Shown piece after piece: positions 1 through 9,703 of a stretch of 64,000 bases of DNA. Numbering within the stretch: the first letter of the stretch is position 1; each line of letters opens with the position of its first letter. The stretch comes from an uncultured delta proteobacterium (lineage in GTDB: Bacteria > Desulfobacterota > WTBG01). The translations under genes were made by a program, and so were the position numbers. The notes beneath the pieces were generated by a model. It searched no databases, was not told where the DNA came from, and saw only the letters and a program-made list of their open reading frames with translations. Where the stretch lies: NCBI GenBank assembly GCA_963793865.1, contig CAWCBP010000008.1, positions 544,001 to 608,000 on the forward strand, in the 5' to 3' direction.

Positions 1-626
1 TTTTCAATCTCGGCTATAAAGTGGTTCCCGGTGCGGAGAAATACCAATTTGTGAAACCCGGGCCTGCAGGAGCCGAAGCAGGCAGCATAAAACTTGATCT
101 TTTAACCGGTCCGCAGAGCCGCTTCAAGGGTACAAGCGTGAGGACAGATGATCGCCGTGCCTGGCCTACACCTTCGGTCAATGTGCATGCGCATCCTGTA
201 GATGAAGCACCGACCCTGGAGCAGGGGCTTTTGCAAAAGATTCTGGCGGGAAAACTAAGTTCCGGGAAAAACTGGCACGCAGATGTTTACTTGCCGCATC
301 CCTATGCCTTTGCAATGATGAAGCTTTTCGCATTCAAGGACCGTCTGAATGATGTGGATAAAGAATTCGGTCGCTATCACGCGCTTGATTTATATACAAT
401 TTTAGCTACAACAACTGAGGAGGAGTGGAGATATGCCCTCGAATTGCGTAATTTCCAGGGAGAGCGCCGTTATGCCATAGAAGCATCTAATCTTGTCCTG
501 GAATATTTTTCAGCCGCGAACCGTATGGGTATTATCAGATTGAGGGAAAGCCCTTATTATCAACCTGGACTTCAGCTTGATGAATTCATGTCAGCGTTGC
601 AGGAATTGTTTCCCGCGAATGAGTGA
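1..626 (+). CDS. 5'-truncated hypothetical protein, possibly nucleotidyltransferase (AbiEii/DUF1814-like) fold
   Basis: Frame is open to the window edge. Contains 'KLDLL' and '[17 protein letters not shown]...HALDLYTIL', resembling the K-x-x-A...R...D-x-Y segment of AbiEii-like NTases. Confidence 0.4.
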   Translation, partial: FNLGYKVVPGAEKYQFVKPGPAGAEAGSIKLDLLTGPQSRFKGTSVRTDDRRAWPTPSVNVHAHPVDEAPTLEQGLLQKILAGKLSSGKNWHADVYLPHPYAFAMMKLFAFKDRLNDVDKEFGRYHALDLYTILATTTEEEWRYALELRNFQGERRYAIEASNLVLEYFSAANRMGIIRLRESPYYQPGLQLDEFMSALQELFPANE

Positions 627-841
627 AAATTTACGAACGGCCCTCTTATTCCTTAAAAAAATTGAAAGAACGGTCGGTACAAGTGATTTTAATCGACCGC
701 GGGTGTGTATTTGAAAGTTGTCTATTCACCTACGCCCCCTCCGTCCACTCACCCATGCCCTTCATACGCCGCTTTAAGCTCCTCCCTCATTTCCTGCTTC
801 AGGCTTTCCGGTTCCAGGACTTTGGCCTGCGCGCCATTGGT

Positions 842-1240
842 GTGCTGAATAAAGCTGTCACCCGGAATATAGGCCGTTTTCCTCCGGATTTTATGTTCCA
901 GCTCTCTAAAGAAGAATTTTCAAACTTGAAGTTCCGTTTTGGAACATCAAGTTGGGGCGGAACGCGTAAACTGCCTAAGGCGTTTACCGAGCAGGGTGTG
1001 GCAATGTTGTCAACTGTTCTGAAAAGTATGCGCGCAGTACTGGTCAATATCGAAATCATGCGGGCATTTGTGAAATTACGCCGTATACTTGCCTCACACG
1101 CCGTTCTGGCAAGCAAGCTTGCTGATCTGGAAAAAAAGTATGACAAGCAATTTGCGGCGGTGTTCGAGGCAATCCGGCAATTGATGGAACTGCCCCAGGA
1201 TGTCAGAAATGAGGGGACGTTGTTGACAAATTGTACATAA
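842..1240 (+). pseudogene. ORF6N-domain DNA-binding protein, N-terminally truncated
   Basis: '[21 protein letters not shown]...[23 protein letters not shown]...NIEIMRAFV' is the ORF6N signature. The usual N-terminal 'IRGQKVMLDxDLAELYGV' part is absent and the upstream in-frame residues look unrelated. Confidence 0.7.
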
Positions 1241-1504
1241 TTAAAAGAGCGGCTGCAATCCGGAAGCAGGCGGGATCCGCTTCCAAAGCTGAGGAAAAAA
1301 CTCGCGTGTCAATGTGTAATGGCACACTATAAAATAAAACATTGCGCATTGGATGAGCTATTTTATATAATGGGGTAATCAAGCAGGGCTGCAAAGCTAC
1401 CGTGAGTATTCTGTGACAGCAACAAAAAAGTTGACGGTCATTAAGACCGGGGTTTTCCAGAAATAGCGGTTGGAAATGAAAACCGATAGCAGGGAGCGAT
1501 ATTC

Positions 1505-1939
1505 ATGAAAAAAGGATTTTTGATGGGATCGGCGGCCGTGCTGCTTGTGGTCATCGGCGTAGCGGGAATCGGCAGGGGCGCTGAGGGAACAAAGGAAGAC
1601 CCGGAAGTACGCATTGCCGTTGTTACCGTCAGCGCTTTTGAAGGGATTGTGCCTGCAAAAATACAATCAGCACCCAGCACCACCGTGGTGTGGCTGAACC
1701 GCTCCCGAATACCGGCGGAGATACTTTTTCTGGACAAGAAGGTGGTTGTTGCCTGCGGATCACCGGTAAACTTCTCTATTGGAAAAGGCGGAGCCTATGA
1801 GTCGGGTAAGATTATTTCCCGGGGCACTGCCAGCCTCTGTTTTACGGAAAAAGGTTCATATGATTATGTGGTAAAACCTTCCGGGACCTTTTATCGCGCG
1901 GGTGAACAGGAATATCGTGGCACTATAACCATAGAATAG
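1505..1939 (+). CDS. Secreted cupredoxin-like protein lacking type-1 Cu ligands (paralog 1)
   Basis: Signal peptide, TVVWLN, F.EKGSYDY and terminal GTITIE match the plastocyanin/amicyanin strand pattern. RBS GGAG upstream. Confidence 0.6.
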   Translation: MKKGFLMGSAAVLLVVIGVAGIGRGAEGTKEDPEVRIAVVTVSAFEGIVPAKIQSAPSTTVVWLNRSRIPAEILFLDKKVVVACGSPVNFSIGKGGAYESGKIISRGTASLCFTEKGSYDYVVKPSGTFYRAGEQEYRGTITIE

Positions 1940-1973
1940 GGTTTGTTACATGCACACGAGAGGAGGCAGGACG

Positions 1974-2438
1974 ATGAAGCTTTTAACAGTACGTGCCGCA
2001 TTATTGATCACCGTCAGCTGCTGCTGTTTCGCCATGGTCATGCCCGGGCCGGCGTATGTTCAGGCTGAAGAGGCGCCGGCGGACATGCCACTGCAGGGGG
2101 CGAAGGTGATCACCCTCAAGAGGCTGATGGCCGATGCCAACGCGGTAACCACGCTGAAGGTCAAGGCGGGCACGACGGTGATATGGCTGAACGACACCAG
2201 CCGGGTGCTGGAGATCGAGTTTACCGGCAAGCAGGTGACCATGGCCTGCGGTTCCGCCGTCGGTTTTTTTGTGAACGAGGAAGGGTCCTATACCTCGCAG
2301 AAGATTGTGCCCCAGGCGGTGGTGAGCCTCTGTTTCCTGGAACCGGGGGAGTATCCCTACGCGCTGCTGCTGGGGAAACTGAAGGGGCCGGATCCGCTGC
2401 AGGGGAAAAATTTTAAGGGCACAATCATCGTGGAATAA
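1974..2438 (+). CDS. Secreted cupredoxin-like protein lacking type-1 Cu ligands (paralog 2)
   Basis: Signal peptide, VKAGTTVIWLN, FLEPGEYPY, GTIIVE. RBS AGGAGG/AGGA upstream. Confidence 0.65.
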   Translation: MKLLTVRAALLITVSCCCFAMVMPGPAYVQAEEAPADMPLQGAKVITLKRLMADANAVTTLKVKAGTTVIWLNDTSRVLEIEFTGKQVTMACGSAVGFFVNEEGSYTSQKIVPQAVVSLCFLEPGEYPYALLLGKLKGPDPLQGKNFKGTIIVE

Positions 2439-2486
2439 GTCACCTCATCGCGGTTGTGCGTGTTGTCCGCGGCAACCGCGATTACC

Positions 2487-4205
2487 CTACCGCTCCTCTT
2501 GAGACTGTGATCTGAGATACGCTTCGGCCAGCACCTCTTTGCTCACGCCGTGGTCGATAAAGTCCCAGGGGAACACTTCATCCAGTGACCGCTGCCGGTA
2601 CACGTAGAAGTCGGGATTCACATCAACCTGCCGGTACGCCTTGAGAAAGCTTCCTCCCAGCTCGTGGGCGGCCATCAGGATTTTGCCCACCCTTCTGTCG
2701 CCCCTGCTCAGCAGACATTGCAGATAGCTCCACTTGGGAAGGTCCCAGGTAACCGTGATCTTCTTTTCCTTCTTCAGGCTGTTTTTAATCCCCTTGAGCT
2801 TTGCCTGCAGCGAGGCGATTTCCTCGAAGGGATGCCACTGAAAGGGTGTTCCCGGCTTGGGAATGAAGGCATTGATGCTTAGGGTTATGCTTTCAGGATA
2901 GCGGGAGCGGGGATTCGCCTTGAGCAGGTGATGCTGCATCCGTTTGGTCAGCTCGCTGATGCAGTCTATGTCGAAAGCGGTTTCGGTGGGCAGCCCGATG
3001 AGGAAATAGAGCTTAACATGGCGGAAACGATGGGCGGCGATGATCTCCAGGGTTTTAAAAATCTGCTCATCGGAGAGGTTTTTGTTAATCAGCTTTCGTA
3101 ATCGCTCGGATCCTGTTTCGGGAGCGAGGGTTATTGTCTGGTGACCGCTCTTCTTGAGCAGCCTGATGAAATCCTCGTTTACCAGATCGATGCGCAGGGA
3201 GGTTACCGAGAAGGTGCCTCCCCCCTCCAGGATAAACTCGCACAGGGATGTGATCTGCGGATGGTCTGAAAGGGTGGCCCCGATGAGACCTATCCTGCAG
3301 TTCGCCTTGATCCCCAGGGCGGCGGCGGCGGTGAGGCTTTTGAGGCTCCGCTTCCGCACCGGCCGGTAGGCGGAACCGAGACAACAGAAATTGCACCCGT
3401 AGGGGCAGCCGCGGCTGACCTCCATCAGAAACATGCTGCTGAATTCGGTGAAGGGTGTAATGATGGCGGAGTGGGCGGGATGGCGGTCCAGCGAGGCGGG
3501 GGCCGCTCTTTTCACCCGCGCCGGGGCATTTCCCCTGGGCACAAACGCCTCAATGGTACCCGAGGGGTGGTAGCGGACTTCATAGAGGGCCGGGACATAG
3601 ATTCCCTCCATCTGCGCCAGCTCCTCAAGCATGACCTCCCTTGCCGTTCCCTCCTCCCGGTGCCGGTGAAACAGCGTGATCAGCCGGGGCAGCACTTCCT
3701 CACCTTCTCCGATGATGAACAGGTCGATGAACTCAGCCAGCGGTTCCGGGTTGAGGAAGGCGCACACGCCGCCGGCCATGATGAGAGGAAAACTGCCGTT
3801 TCTCCGGCTGCGCAGCAGGGGGATGCCTGCCAGCTCGAGGAGGGTAAGCACGGCGGGGTAGTCGTTTTCGAAGGAAATCGAGAAGGCGACGATGTCAAAG
3901 TCGCGCAGGGGGCGGCTTGACTCCAGGCTGAACAGAGGATGGCGGGAGCGGCGCAGCTCGTGCTGCTCGTCGCGCTCGGGAAGAAATGCGCGCTCGCAGA
4001 CCGCCTCCGGAAGACAGTTGAGCAGCCGGTAGACGCTCTGGAAGCCGAGATTGGACATTCCGACGTAGTAGCTGTTGGGATAGACCAGCGCCACCGACGT
4101 TTTGCGTTCCCAGGATTTCCTGATGGTCCCCTGCTCGCGAGCCAGCAGCCTGCCGGCTGCTTGTGCGAGGATGCGAGGTGGTGTCCTGCCCGTGGGCCTG
4201 GTCAT
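2487..4205 (-). CDS. B12-binding-like radical SAM protein (TIGR03960-like)
   Basis: YPNSYYVGMSNLG N-terminus, SRGCPYGCNFC CxxxCxxC motif, YFLIGLP, FIPKPGTPFQW, C-terminal FPWDFIDHG. Confidence 0.85.
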   Translation of the reverse strand: MTRPTGRTPPRILAQAAGRLLAREQGTIRKSWERKTSVALVYPNSYYVGMSNLGFQSVYRLLNCLPEAVCERAFLPERDEQHELRRSRHPLFSLESSRPLRDFDIVAFSISFENDYPAVLTLLELAGIPLLRSRRNGSFPLIMAGGVCAFLNPEPLAEFIDLFIIGEGEEVLPRLITLFHRHREEGTAREVMLEELAQMEGIYVPALYEVRYHPSGTIEAFVPRGNAPARVKRAAPASLDRHPAHSAIITPFTEFSSMFLMEVSRGCPYGCNFCCLGSAYRPVRKRSLKSLTAAAALGIKANCRIGLIGATLSDHPQITSLCEFILEGGGTFSVTSLRIDLVNEDFIRLLKKSGHQTITLAPETGSERLRKLINKNLSDEQIFKTLEIIAAHRFRHVKLYFLIGLPTETAFDIDCISELTKRMQHHLLKANPRSRYPESITLSINAFIPKPGTPFQWHPFEEIASLQAKLKGIKNSLKKEKKITVTWDLPKWSYLQCLLSRGDRRVGKILMAAHELGGSFLKAYRQVDVNPDFYVYRQRSLDEVFPWDFIDHGVSKEVLAEAYLRSQSQEER

Positions 4206-4257
4206 TAAAACCTGCTGATCAGCGGTAGATCATTTCCTCCCGCGAACGCTGCGGCGA

Positions 4258-5439
4258 TCAAGCCTCGCTGGGTTCGAGCTCATCGCCCTTTCTCAAAAAG
4301 GTGGGAATGTCGTACTCGTCGTTGACGAAATTGCTGATGATGGTTCCTATCTTGGTTATTTCCGGCCTGTCGTTGTCGTAGGTGCTGCGCAGGTAGGCGG
4401 GCACCTCATCCAGCACATCGGCATTCTGCAGCGGCGTGGCGATGGTCCGTTTCAGTTCCTCCAGCTTCTTTTCATCGCCCGTCCCGAATCCGGTGGCGAT
4501 GACGGTGATGCGGATTTCATCTCCCATTTTGGGGTCGATGACCGCGCCGAAGATGATGTTGGCATCCTCATCGGCCTCTTCCTGGATCTTGGTGGCGGCA
4601 TCATTGACCTCGTGCAGGGAGAGGTTTTCCCCGCCGGTGATGTTGATGAGCAGGCCCCGTGCCCCGCTGATGGAAATGTCTTCAAGCAGGGGGCTGGATA
4701 TGGCCTTGTGGGTTGCCTCGACGGCCTTGTTGTCGCCCGAGGCGACGCCCATGCCCATGAAGGCCATTCCCATTTCGGACATGATGGTTTTCACGTCGGC
4801 GAAGTCCAGGTTGATGAGCCCGGGTATGGTGATGAGATCGGATATGGATTTGGAGGCGTGCAGCAGCACCTCGTCCGCCTTCTTGAAGCTCGCCAGCAGC
4901 GAAAGGTCGCGGTCGCTGATGCTGAGCAGCCGCTGGTTGGGAATGGCAATGAGCGTGTCAACCGTCTTCTTGAGCTCATCCATGCCCCGCTCGGCCGCCA
5001 GCTGACGCCGCTTGCCCTCGAAGAAGAAAGGCTTGGTGACCACCGCCACCGTCAGGGCGCCCAGCTCCTTGGCGATGGAGGCGATGACCGGGGCCCCTCC
5101 CGTGCCCGTTCCGCCCCCGAGCCCGGCGGTAATAAAAATCATGTCCGCCCCCTCAAGCTCTTCGCGTATTTTTTCCGCGTCTTCGAGGGTGGCACTGCGT
5201 CCGATATCGGGATTGGCGCCGGCGCCGAGACCCTTGGTCAGATGAGCGCCAAGCTGAATTTTGGTGGTTGCCAGCGCACTGCCCAGGGCCTGGAGGTCCG
5301 TATTGGCGGCGATAAACTCCACCCCCTCCAGGTTGGAGGCTATCATGGTGTTAATGGCATTGCACCCGCCTCCGCCGACACCGATGATCTTGATTTTTGC
5401 GATCTGCGGTACACGGTCTTCAATGTCGAAAAAACTCAT
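4258..5439 (-). CDS. ftsZ: Cell division protein FtsZ
   Basis: [16 protein letters not shown] tubulin signature, INLDFAD, C-terminal DIPTFLRK. Confidence 0.99.
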   Translation of the reverse strand: MSFFDIEDRVPQIAKIKIIGVGGGGCNAINTMIASNLEGVEFIAANTDLQALGSALATTKIQLGAHLTKGLGAGANPDIGRSATLEDAEKIREELEGADMIFITAGLGGGTGTGGAPVIASIAKELGALTVAVVTKPFFFEGKRRQLAAERGMDELKKTVDTLIAIPNQRLLSISDRDLSLLASFKKADEVLLHASKSISDLITIPGLINLDFADVKTIMSEMGMAFMGMGVASGDNKAVEATHKAISSPLLEDISISGARGLLINITGGENLSLHEVNDAATKIQEEADEDANIIFGAVIDPKMGDEIRITVIATGFGTGDEKKLEELKRTIATPLQNADVLDEVPAYLRSTYDNDRPEITKIGTIISNFVNDEYDIPTFLRKGDELEPSEA

Positions 5440-5520
5440 GTGGCGCTCCTTTCATAAACGGAATTATTCCCGGGACGCTGCTGCGCACCCTGAGGTTTGT
5501 CATCTTTTATTATCCACGGC

Positions 5521-5568
5521 TCCCAATATATGGTGGAAATCATCTTTCAGCTGTAGACTATATAGTAT
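5521..5568. promoter_or_regulatory. Tandem NrdR-box-like operators upstream of ftsZ
   Basis: Minus strand ccaCCATATATTGgga (5521-5536) and weaker ataCTATATAGTCtac (5553-5568), 32 bp apart. NrdR consensus is approximately acaCwAtATaTwGtgt. Confidence 0.5.
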
Positions 5569-5585
5569 TGATCCGGGGAAGTCAA
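5557..5585 (-). promoter_or_regulatory. sigma70-type internal promoter for ftsZ
   Basis: TTGACT-17 bp-TATAGT on the minus strand in the ftsA-ftsZ gap. Confidence 0.75.
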
Positions 5586-5626
5586 TATTGATTCTCTTTT
5601 TTTTGTCAGCTCGCGCCATTTTTTCT

Positions 5627-6853
5627 TTACACCACCTCGGCAAGCCAGCTTTTCGCCGAGCGGACCAGCCCCGAGAACATGGTTTTATATGCCCGTGTCC
5701 GATTGGTATCGGAGGTGCGGTTTTTTCCGTAGAGAATGAGTCCGACGGCGGTGGCATAAATGGGACTTTTGACAATCTCGGACAGCCCGCCCACGGTGTT
5801 GGGATAGCCGACTCTCACGGAGAGATCCAGTACCCGCTCCGCGCATTCGGTGATGCCGTGCAGCAGCGAGGTTCCGCCGGTGAGCACCACCCCCGGGGTC
5901 ATGAATTCCCGGTACCCTGATTTGGCGATTTCCCTGCGGACGAGGGTGAATATTTCCTCCACCCGCGACTGTATGATCCGGCACAAAAATTTCCGTGAAA
6001 CCATCCGCGTGCCCCCGCCGCCCGGGGCGGGGATTTCGATGGTTTCATCCTTTTCGTCCGGGCAGCTGTGCGCGGAGCCGTGCTGAATCTTGAGATCCTC
6101 CGCCCCCTTGAGAGAGGTGCGCAGTCCCACGGCAACATCGGAGGTGATATGATCACCTCCCAGGGCAAGCACCGCGGTGTAGCGAATGCTCCCTCCCTTG
6201 ATCACGGCGATATCAGTGGTGCCGCCCCCGATGTCCACCAGCACCGCTCCCAGCTCCTTTTCATCTTCGTGGATGGTGGATGCCGACGAGGCAAGGGGCT
6301 GGAGCACCAGCTCTTTTACCGCCAGGCCGGTGCGGTTGGCGCACTTGATGATGTTCTGGGCTGAAGATGCCGCGCTGGTTACCATGTGCACCTTGGCCTC
6401 CAGGCGCACCCCGGACATCCCCAGCGGGTCCTGAATGCCTTCCTGGTCGTCAACGATAAATTCCTGGGGAAGGATGTGCAGCACCTCCCGGTCCTGGGGT
6501 ATGGCGATGGCCCGGGCCGCCTCGATAACCCGGTTGATGTCGTGCCTGCTCACCTCGCTGTCTTTGATGCCGATGACACCGTGGCTGTTGAAGCCCTTGA
6601 TGTGGCTGCCGGCAATGCCGGTGTATGCCGAGGTGATTTTGCAGCCGGCCATGAGCTCCGCTTCCTCGACAACCCTGGCGATGGCTTCAACCGTGCTGTC
6701 GATGCTGATGACCATTCCCTTGCGCAATCCCTTGGAGGGGGCGCTGGCGAAGCCGATGACGTCGATGCCGTCCCCGTGCATCTCTCCGACAATGGCACAG
6801 GTCTTGGTCGTTCCCAGATCCAGACCGACAACTAGATTTCCATTTTTTCCCAT
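5627..6853 (-). CDS. ftsA: Cell division protein FtsA
   Basis: GLDLGTTKT, VDIGGGTTD, GVVLTGG, YATAVGL. Start moved to MGKNG, which has a GGAGG RBS. Confidence 0.98.
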   Translation of the reverse strand: MGKNGNLVVGLDLGTTKTCAIVGEMHGDGIDVIGFASAPSKGLRKGMVISIDSTVEAIARVVEEAELMAGCKITSAYTGIAGSHIKGFNSHGVIGIKDSEVSRHDINRVIEAARAIAIPQDREVLHILPQEFIVDDQEGIQDPLGMSGVRLEAKVHMVTSAASSAQNIIKCANRTGLAVKELVLQPLASSASTIHEDEKELGAVLVDIGGGTTDIAVIKGGSIRYTAVLALGGDHITSDVAVGLRTSLKGAEDLKIQHGSAHSCPDEKDETIEIPAPGGGGTRMVSRKFLCRIIQSRVEEIFTLVRREIAKSGYREFMTPGVVLTGGTSLLHGITECAERVLDLSVRVGYPNTVGGLSEIVKSPIYATAVGLILYGKNRTSDTNRTRAYKTMFSGLVRSAKSWLAEVV

Positions 6854-7743
6854 GGTTGCGCACCTCCATTGCTGATGGCCTCGCGGCTCGGTTTGCTGGG
6901 GTTCAGCTTGACAAATGCCTTGTGCCGGTAGGTAAGATCGATTGCCTGCGGCACCAGATTCCTGTTTTTCAAATCCTCTACAATGGCGCAGAGGCGTTTG
7001 CACTTGGCTTCAAAAGGCGTGAATCCCATTTCAATTTGAACGGTCCCGGGTGTGGTATACACCGTCAGCCCCAGCACGGGATCAAGGTGAATTTCGGATA
7101 TGCCGGAGCGGGGTATCCCTTCTTGTTCGGCGCTGCGCAGGAAGGTCAGCGCCTGGCTGATGAGCGGCGCTGCGCCATGCCGGTGATTCATCACTTCCTC
7201 CCGGTCAATCCCGGTCAGGATGGGCAGCACCCGCCCGTCTTCACCCAGCGCTTCTTCACCTTCGGCCCTTTTAAAAACGGTTCCCTTGTCATCAACCAGG
7301 TGGAGCCCGTCCAGGTTGATCAGGGCGACCGGCTTTCTTTCCAGGATGCTGATGGAGAGCCGGTCCGGGAAGTTCCGCTTCACCTGGGCACGCTCGATCC
7401 AGGGCGATTGCTCCAGCCGGCGGCACATGCCTTTGAGGTCTATGGCCAGAAGATTGGTCTCGCGGTTGATGCCCGCCATGGACACGATGTTATCGGGCAG
7501 GTACCTGCCGCAGCCGGCGATGGTAATCTTTTTAACCGTGAGGTAGCGGCACTGCAGCAGCTTCTGATAGGCTATCATCGACCCCAGCACGGCGGATGCC
7601 CCGGCCAGCAGGATGAGCAGGCATTGCAGGAAGGTAACCGCGGCGCGGACCAGATCCCGTTTGCGGGACACCTTCCGTCGGCGCAGCATGAAGCGGCGGT
7701 TTCTGATTCTCATGGTCTTGGGGTGGAAAGCGGTCAGTGCCAT
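6832..7743 (-). CDS. ftsQ: Cell division protein FtsQ/DivIB
   Basis: Basic N-terminus, one TM helix, POTRA 'PWIERAQVKRNFPDRLSISILER', position between ddl and ftsA. Start uncertain. Confidence 0.9.
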   Translation of the reverse strand: MALTAFHPKTMRIRNRRFMLRRRKVSRKRDLVRAAVTFLQCLLILLAGASAVLGSMIAYQKLLQCRYLTVKKITIAGCGRYLPDNIVSMAGINRETNLLAIDLKGMCRRLEQSPWIERAQVKRNFPDRLSISILERKPVALINLDGLHLVDDKGTVFKRAEGEEALGEDGRVLPILTGIDREEVMNHRHGAAPLISQALTFLRSAEQEGIPRSGISEIHLDPVLGLTVYTTPGTVQIEMGFTPFEAKCKRLCAIVEDLKNRNLVPQAIDLTYRHKAFVKLNPSKPSREAISNGGAQPWEKMEI

Positions 7744-7778
7744 AGCGCTCCGGTGGAGAGGCATTCCCCGTAATGTGT

Positions 7779-8777
7779 TTAACGCGATGCTGACGCGCGC
7801 GCCGTGCTGCGCGTGCGTTCAGGGTTCATTTCCTTGAGCCGGGCCGAGAGCAGGATCCGCTGGACCAGGTTGTCGAAGCTTATGCCGGCGTGCCGCGCCG
7901 CCATGGGCAGCAGGCTGGTGGCGGTCATGCCGGGCACGGTATTGATCTCGAGAATGAACGGCTCATCCCCCCGGCTGAGCATCAGGTCAACCCGGGCCGC
8001 GCCCTCGCAGCCGAGGGCATGGTAGGTCCTGAGCGCAAGGTCCTGGATGAGCCGGGCGGTGCGCTTTTTCATCCGGGGGGAAAGGATGTAGTCGGTATGG
8101 CCGGGGGTGTACTTGGAGGTGAAGTCGTAAAATCCCTGCCGGGGCACGATTTCGATGAGCGGCAGCTCCCTGCCGTTGACGATGCCCGCGGTGATTTCAC
8201 GCCCCTCGATAAATTGCTCCACCAGGATCTCCCGGTCATATGCCGCGGCGGCGCGGCATGCCCGGCGCAGGGCGATCCTGCTCCTCACCACCGTGGTGCC
8301 GATGGTTGATCCCTCGGCAACCGGCTTGATGACCAGGGGCAGCGGAAGCCGTATGGCGCGGTGAAAACGGGCGCCTTCTATTACCTCCGCGCTGATGACC
8401 TGGAAGTCAGGGGTGGGTATCCCGTGGCAGCGCAGGATGTGCTTGGTCATTCCCTTGTGCAGGGCCAGTGCGCTGGCCAGCACTCCCGATCCGGTGTAGG
8501 GTATTCCCATAATTTCCAGCATGCCCTGAATGGTCCCGTCTTCTCCCCCCCTTCCGTGGAGGGCTATAAAGGCTGAATCAATCTTCTTCCCGCGCAGCGT
8601 TCGGGCGACGGTGCCGGTCACGTCGATGGCGGAAACCCGGTAGTTTTTACGGCGCAGGGCATCGTGGACGGCCTTCCCGGTGCGCAGCGATACCGCCCGT
8701 TCATGGGAGGTGCCGCCCATGAGCACACCGATGTGCCGCTGCTTTGCATGTGCCTGTATCCGTGCCCCTCTAGCCAT
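7779..8777 (-). CDS. ddl: D-alanine--D-alanine ligase
   Basis: GGTSHERAVSL, ALHGRGGEDG, GIPYTGSG, LEINTVPGMT. Confidence 0.97.
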   Translation of the reverse strand: MARGARIQAHAKQRHIGVLMGGTSHERAVSLRTGKAVHDALRRKNYRVSAIDVTGTVARTLRGKKIDSAFIALHGRGGEDGTIQGMLEIMGIPYTGSGVLASALALHKGMTKHILRCHGIPTPDFQVISAEVIEGARFHRAIRLPLPLVIKPVAEGSTIGTTVVRSRIALRRACRAAAAYDREILVEQFIEGREITAGIVNGRELPLIEIVPRQGFYDFTSKYTPGHTDYILSPRMKKRTARLIQDLALRTYHALGCEGAARVDLMLSRGDEPFILEINTVPGMTATSLLPMAARHAGISFDNLVQRILLSARLKEMNPERTRSTARASASR

Positions 8778-9693
8778 CTTCCCCCACCACCTGCAGTTCC
8801 GGTTCCAGTTGTATGCCGGTCTCTTCATAGACGCGTCGCCGCGCGATTTCCATGAGCGCCAGTATGTCCCGCGCCGTCGCGCCGCCCGTGTTCACAATGA
8901 AGTTGGCGTGCCTTTCGGATATCTGCGCGCCGCCCGCCCGGCGGCCTTTCAGCCCCGCCTGTTCAATCAGCCTGCCCGCCGCAGCACCGGGCGGATTTTT
9001 AAATACCGATCCCGCGCTGGGCAGGTCCAGGGGCTGCGTTTCCCGGCGCCTCCGGTTCATTTTTTCCACAACGGCTGCCAGCGTTTTTTTCCCTGTTCGG
9101 CTCACGCGCAGCATCCCCTTGATGATGACCGTTCCCGGATCGAGCTGCAGCCGTCGATACCCGAAGGGCAGAGCGGGGCTTTTTTTTTCTTCCACCGCGC
9201 CCCCGGGGGTGAGCAGGGTGATGGACTCGGTGACATCACTCATCTCCCTTCCCCAGGCACCGGCGTTCATGGCCCACGCGCCTCCCAGCGATCCGGGTAT
9301 GCCGCTCACAAATTCCAGACCGGCCAGGCCCTTGTCCAGGCAAACGGCCAACAGCCGCCGCAGGGACGCGCCCGCCTCTGCCTGGAGCAGCGGCTCAGCA
9401 TCTTCCGGCTGCAGAAGGGTTGCTTTTCTCAAGCTTCTGGTCAGTTTCAGTACCATGCCTCTGATGCCTCCGTCCCTGACCAGGAGATTGCTCCCGGCAC
9501 CCATGACCAAATACGGAAGGTCATGGCGGGTGCTGTAGCGGACCACCGTGAGCAGTTCCTCCAGGCTCGCGGGGTAGATCATGATGTCCGCGCATCCACC
9601 CACTTTGAGGGTGGTGTGCCGGCTCAAGGGGACGTTGAGCAGCACCTTCCCGGTTAGCAGTTTTTCCAGCTCCCTGGCTATTCTCTGGTTCAT
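8770..9693 (-). CDS. murB: UDP-N-acetylenolpyruvoylglucosamine reductase
   Basis: HTTLKVGG, GAGSNLL, GIPGSLGG, MNAGA, PSAGSVFKNP, HANFIVN. Confidence 0.97.
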   Translation of the reverse strand: MNQRIARELEKLLTGKVLLNVPLSRHTTLKVGGCADIMIYPASLEELLTVVRYSTRHDLPYLVMGAGSNLLVRDGGIRGMVLKLTRSLRKATLLQPEDAEPLLQAEAGASLRRLLAVCLDKGLAGLEFVSGIPGSLGGAWAMNAGAWGREMSDVTESITLLTPGGAVEEKKSPALPFGYRRLQLDPGTVIIKGMLRVSRTGKKTLAAVVEKMNRRRRETQPLDLPSAGSVFKNPPGAAAGRLIEQAGLKGRRAGGAQISERHANFIVNTGGATARDILALMEIARRRVYEETGIQLEPELQVVGEDG

Positions 9694-9703
9694 GTGCGCA
9701 GGC

